A DNA stretch of 63,677 bases, counting the filler, from Octopus bimaculoides (lineage: Eukaryota): assembly GCF_001194135.2 (NCBI RefSeq). It is 7 parts of 5 records of this genome, joined end to end, with 100 filler letters (N's around TTAATTAATTAA, not from the genome) between each part and the next. Parts side by side here need not be neighbours in the genome. Positions count along the whole stretch, not along the records: positions 56,351 to 62,430 come from NC_068991.1; positions 62,531 to 63,677 come from NC_068990.1; 5 more parts are not named here. One strand, 5' to 3'. Each line of letters begins with the position of its first letter. Position 1 is the stretch's first letter. Shown here piece after piece: positions 61,499-63,677 of the stretch. The position numbers and the translations under genes were made by a program. The notes under the pieces are model-generated. The model searched no databases. It worked only from the letters and a program-made list of their open reading frames with translations, and had not been told where the DNA came from.

Positions 61499-62393
61499 AT
61501 GTCTCAATTTAGACATACTCAAAGTAGCAATAACAGGTTGGATGAGATTAAGCTGCTATTTCTTGTAGATCGTGTAACCATATTAAAAACCTCACCATTT
61601 TTTTTAGAACTCTGGAATTTGCGCTACATATACCAGACTCTTTAGTTGATGCGTTGTCTTTGATCTCGTCGTCGTTTTAGTCGCCAATGTCGCCGTCGTC
61701 ACCACTGTTGCCTTTGACGTTGTTGTTGTTGTTGTTGTTGATGTCTTTGTTGATGCTCTAGGTGATAGTGGTAACGGTGGTGGTGGTGTTGGTGGTCGGC
61801 GTCGTCGTTCTGTTGGTACTAATGCTCGTTAGTTGTTATTTCAACCAATGAAACAGAAGCGAATATCTGTTTTATTTTCCCCCCTATTGGCCTAGAAACA
61901 ATTACAAATGTTAAGCAGGAACTTTCATAGTAAACTATAACAATATATGCAAATTGACGTGATCGCCAAAAAACTTGAAGCTCTTTATCTTGTTTGGCCA
62001 ATTTTCTTTCGACTTTTTTTTCTTTATATTTGCTATTTTATTTTCTATTCCTTCGCTATGGATAGTAACCAAAGTCAAAAGGAAATAACCACAATAGAGC
62101 GAACTGGCACAACCAAAAGGGAAGTTTTAATAGATATTTGAGTACGCACGCACACTTGCACGCACGCACGCACATATACACACGCACACATACCTGGATA
62201 CAATTCACTCAACAAGAACTCCCTACTCAAATGGACCATTATACCACAGAACTTCAGAGAAAATGAATTTATCTAATCAAGTTAGACATGGCCTGGACCA
62301 ATCTTTGGTCGAAATATCTAAGTTATTTAAATGTATATAAATATAAGTATTTGTATAAACATGTATATATATATATATATGTGTGTGTGTGTA

Positions 62394-62430
<37 letters not shown>

Positions 62431-62530
62431 NNNNNNNNNNNNNNNNNNNNNNNNNNNNNNNNNNNNNNNNNNNNTTAATTAATTAANNNNNNNNNNNNNN
62501 NNNNNNNNNNNNNNNNNNNNNNNNNNNNNN
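62431..62530. other. Artificial assembly join
   Basis: N44-TTAATTAATTAA-N44. Confidence 0.95.
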
Positions 62531-62569
<39 letters not shown>

Positions 62570-62675
62570 TACACATGCCTGCACACACACACACACACAC
62601 ACATGTACATAAATACATGCATACATATACACACACCCAGACACAAACACACACACACACATACACACATATATA

Positions 62676-62821
62676 TGATGGGTTCTTTCAGTTTCCATCC
62701 ACCAAATCCACTCACATGTATCTGGTCAGCCCAAGACATTTCCCAAGGAGCAACACAGTGAAACAACCTGGAACCATGTGGTTCAGAAGTTAGCTTCTTA
62801 CCATACAGCCATGCTGGTGCC

Positions 62822-62822
<1 letters not shown>
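62676..62822 (-). mobile_element. SINE-B 5' half
   Basis: gggttctttcagtttccatccaccaaatccactcac...ggaaccatgtgg..cttaccatacagcc. Confidence 0.85.
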
Positions 62823-62864
<42 letters not shown>

Positions 62865-63012
62865 ATACATACATACATACATACATACACACACATATAT
62901 ATATACATACATATACATATATATACATATATATATATTTATTTATATATATATATATGCATGCATACACACACACAGCCATGCCTGTGCCTATACATAC
63001 ATATATATACAT

Positions 63013-63043
<31 letters not shown>

Positions 63044-63417
63044 TATGCACATACACACACGTTTCACCTAAAGAGTTGTGTACAGAATACGATATCAAAT
63101 ATAATCCTAATTTTCTGAAATCTCCTCAGGGTGGGAGACAGAAAACTAAAACTTGCAGGCATGTGTTAGTGACCCTCAAGGAAAAGATGAGAAATGTTCA
63201 AGTTATCCAGAATACATTATCAAATACATTTACATATTTACCTGTTAGATAATTTAAAATAAGTACTGGGGTCAATTTGGTTGACTAAAAGTCCTTTAAG
63301 GCAGTGCCCTAATTAGCCCACAGTCCAAAGACTGTAACAAGTAGCATTCAAATATGTATATGGCTATCTCTGTCTCTGTCTCTGTTTCTGTCTCTCTCTG
63401 TCTTTCTCTCTCTCTCC

Positions 63418-63457
<40 letters not shown>

Positions 63458-63677
63458 ATGTGTGCGTATATGTATATACACACACACATATATATATATA
63501 AATATATACATACATACATGTATGTGTATGTATGCACATACATATACACACATAAATATATGCATATATGTGTTTGTGCATATATATCTATACACATCCA
63601 AATTTATTTGGTTGTAAATTATTGTGATTATTACTATATCTATATACATACATGTACGTATATATATATATATATAT

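Noticed and set aside
803-63649. Long ORFs in the supplied track rich in YI, TH, CV, ER, LS, poly-L/N/H or X
   Set aside because: They are translations of di-, tri- and tetranucleotide microsatellites and N gaps, with no domain content.

Overview
This is AT-rich eukaryotic DNA with no recognisable host gene. It is packed with microsatellites and tRNA-headed SINEs that I recognise as Octopus-type (coleoid cephalopod; inference, not a database result). About 6 kb (~9%) is N, and six 100-bp artificial joins (N44-TTAATTAATTAA-N44) make order across them uncertain. Almost every entry in the supplied ORF track is a translation of microsatellites or N-gaps. The only confidently identifiable coding sequence is decayed retroelement: two CR1-clade fragments (one with RT), three R4/Dong-clade fragments (RT thumb, zinc knuckle region, restriction-like endonuclease) and one gag-like zinc-knuckle remnant. 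There are also weaker DNA-transposon remnants. I use working names A-E for the SINE-like families and X/Y for two others. I found no rRNA, true tRNA or CRISPR array. The most notable observations are: three minimal hammerhead-ribozyme motifs of the Penelope type; a hairpin with canonical pre-miRNA geometry at 8230-8300; a TSD-bracketed SINE dimer; modular SINEs with swapped 3' tails; a non-coding repeat (X) fused twice to Dong/R4 coding sequence; inverted SINE pairs that could form ADAR substrates; and a CpG/triplet-rich island at 32.7-33.5 kb that is the best candidate for a transcribed exon. I do not see convincing evidence of a new multi-gene system.
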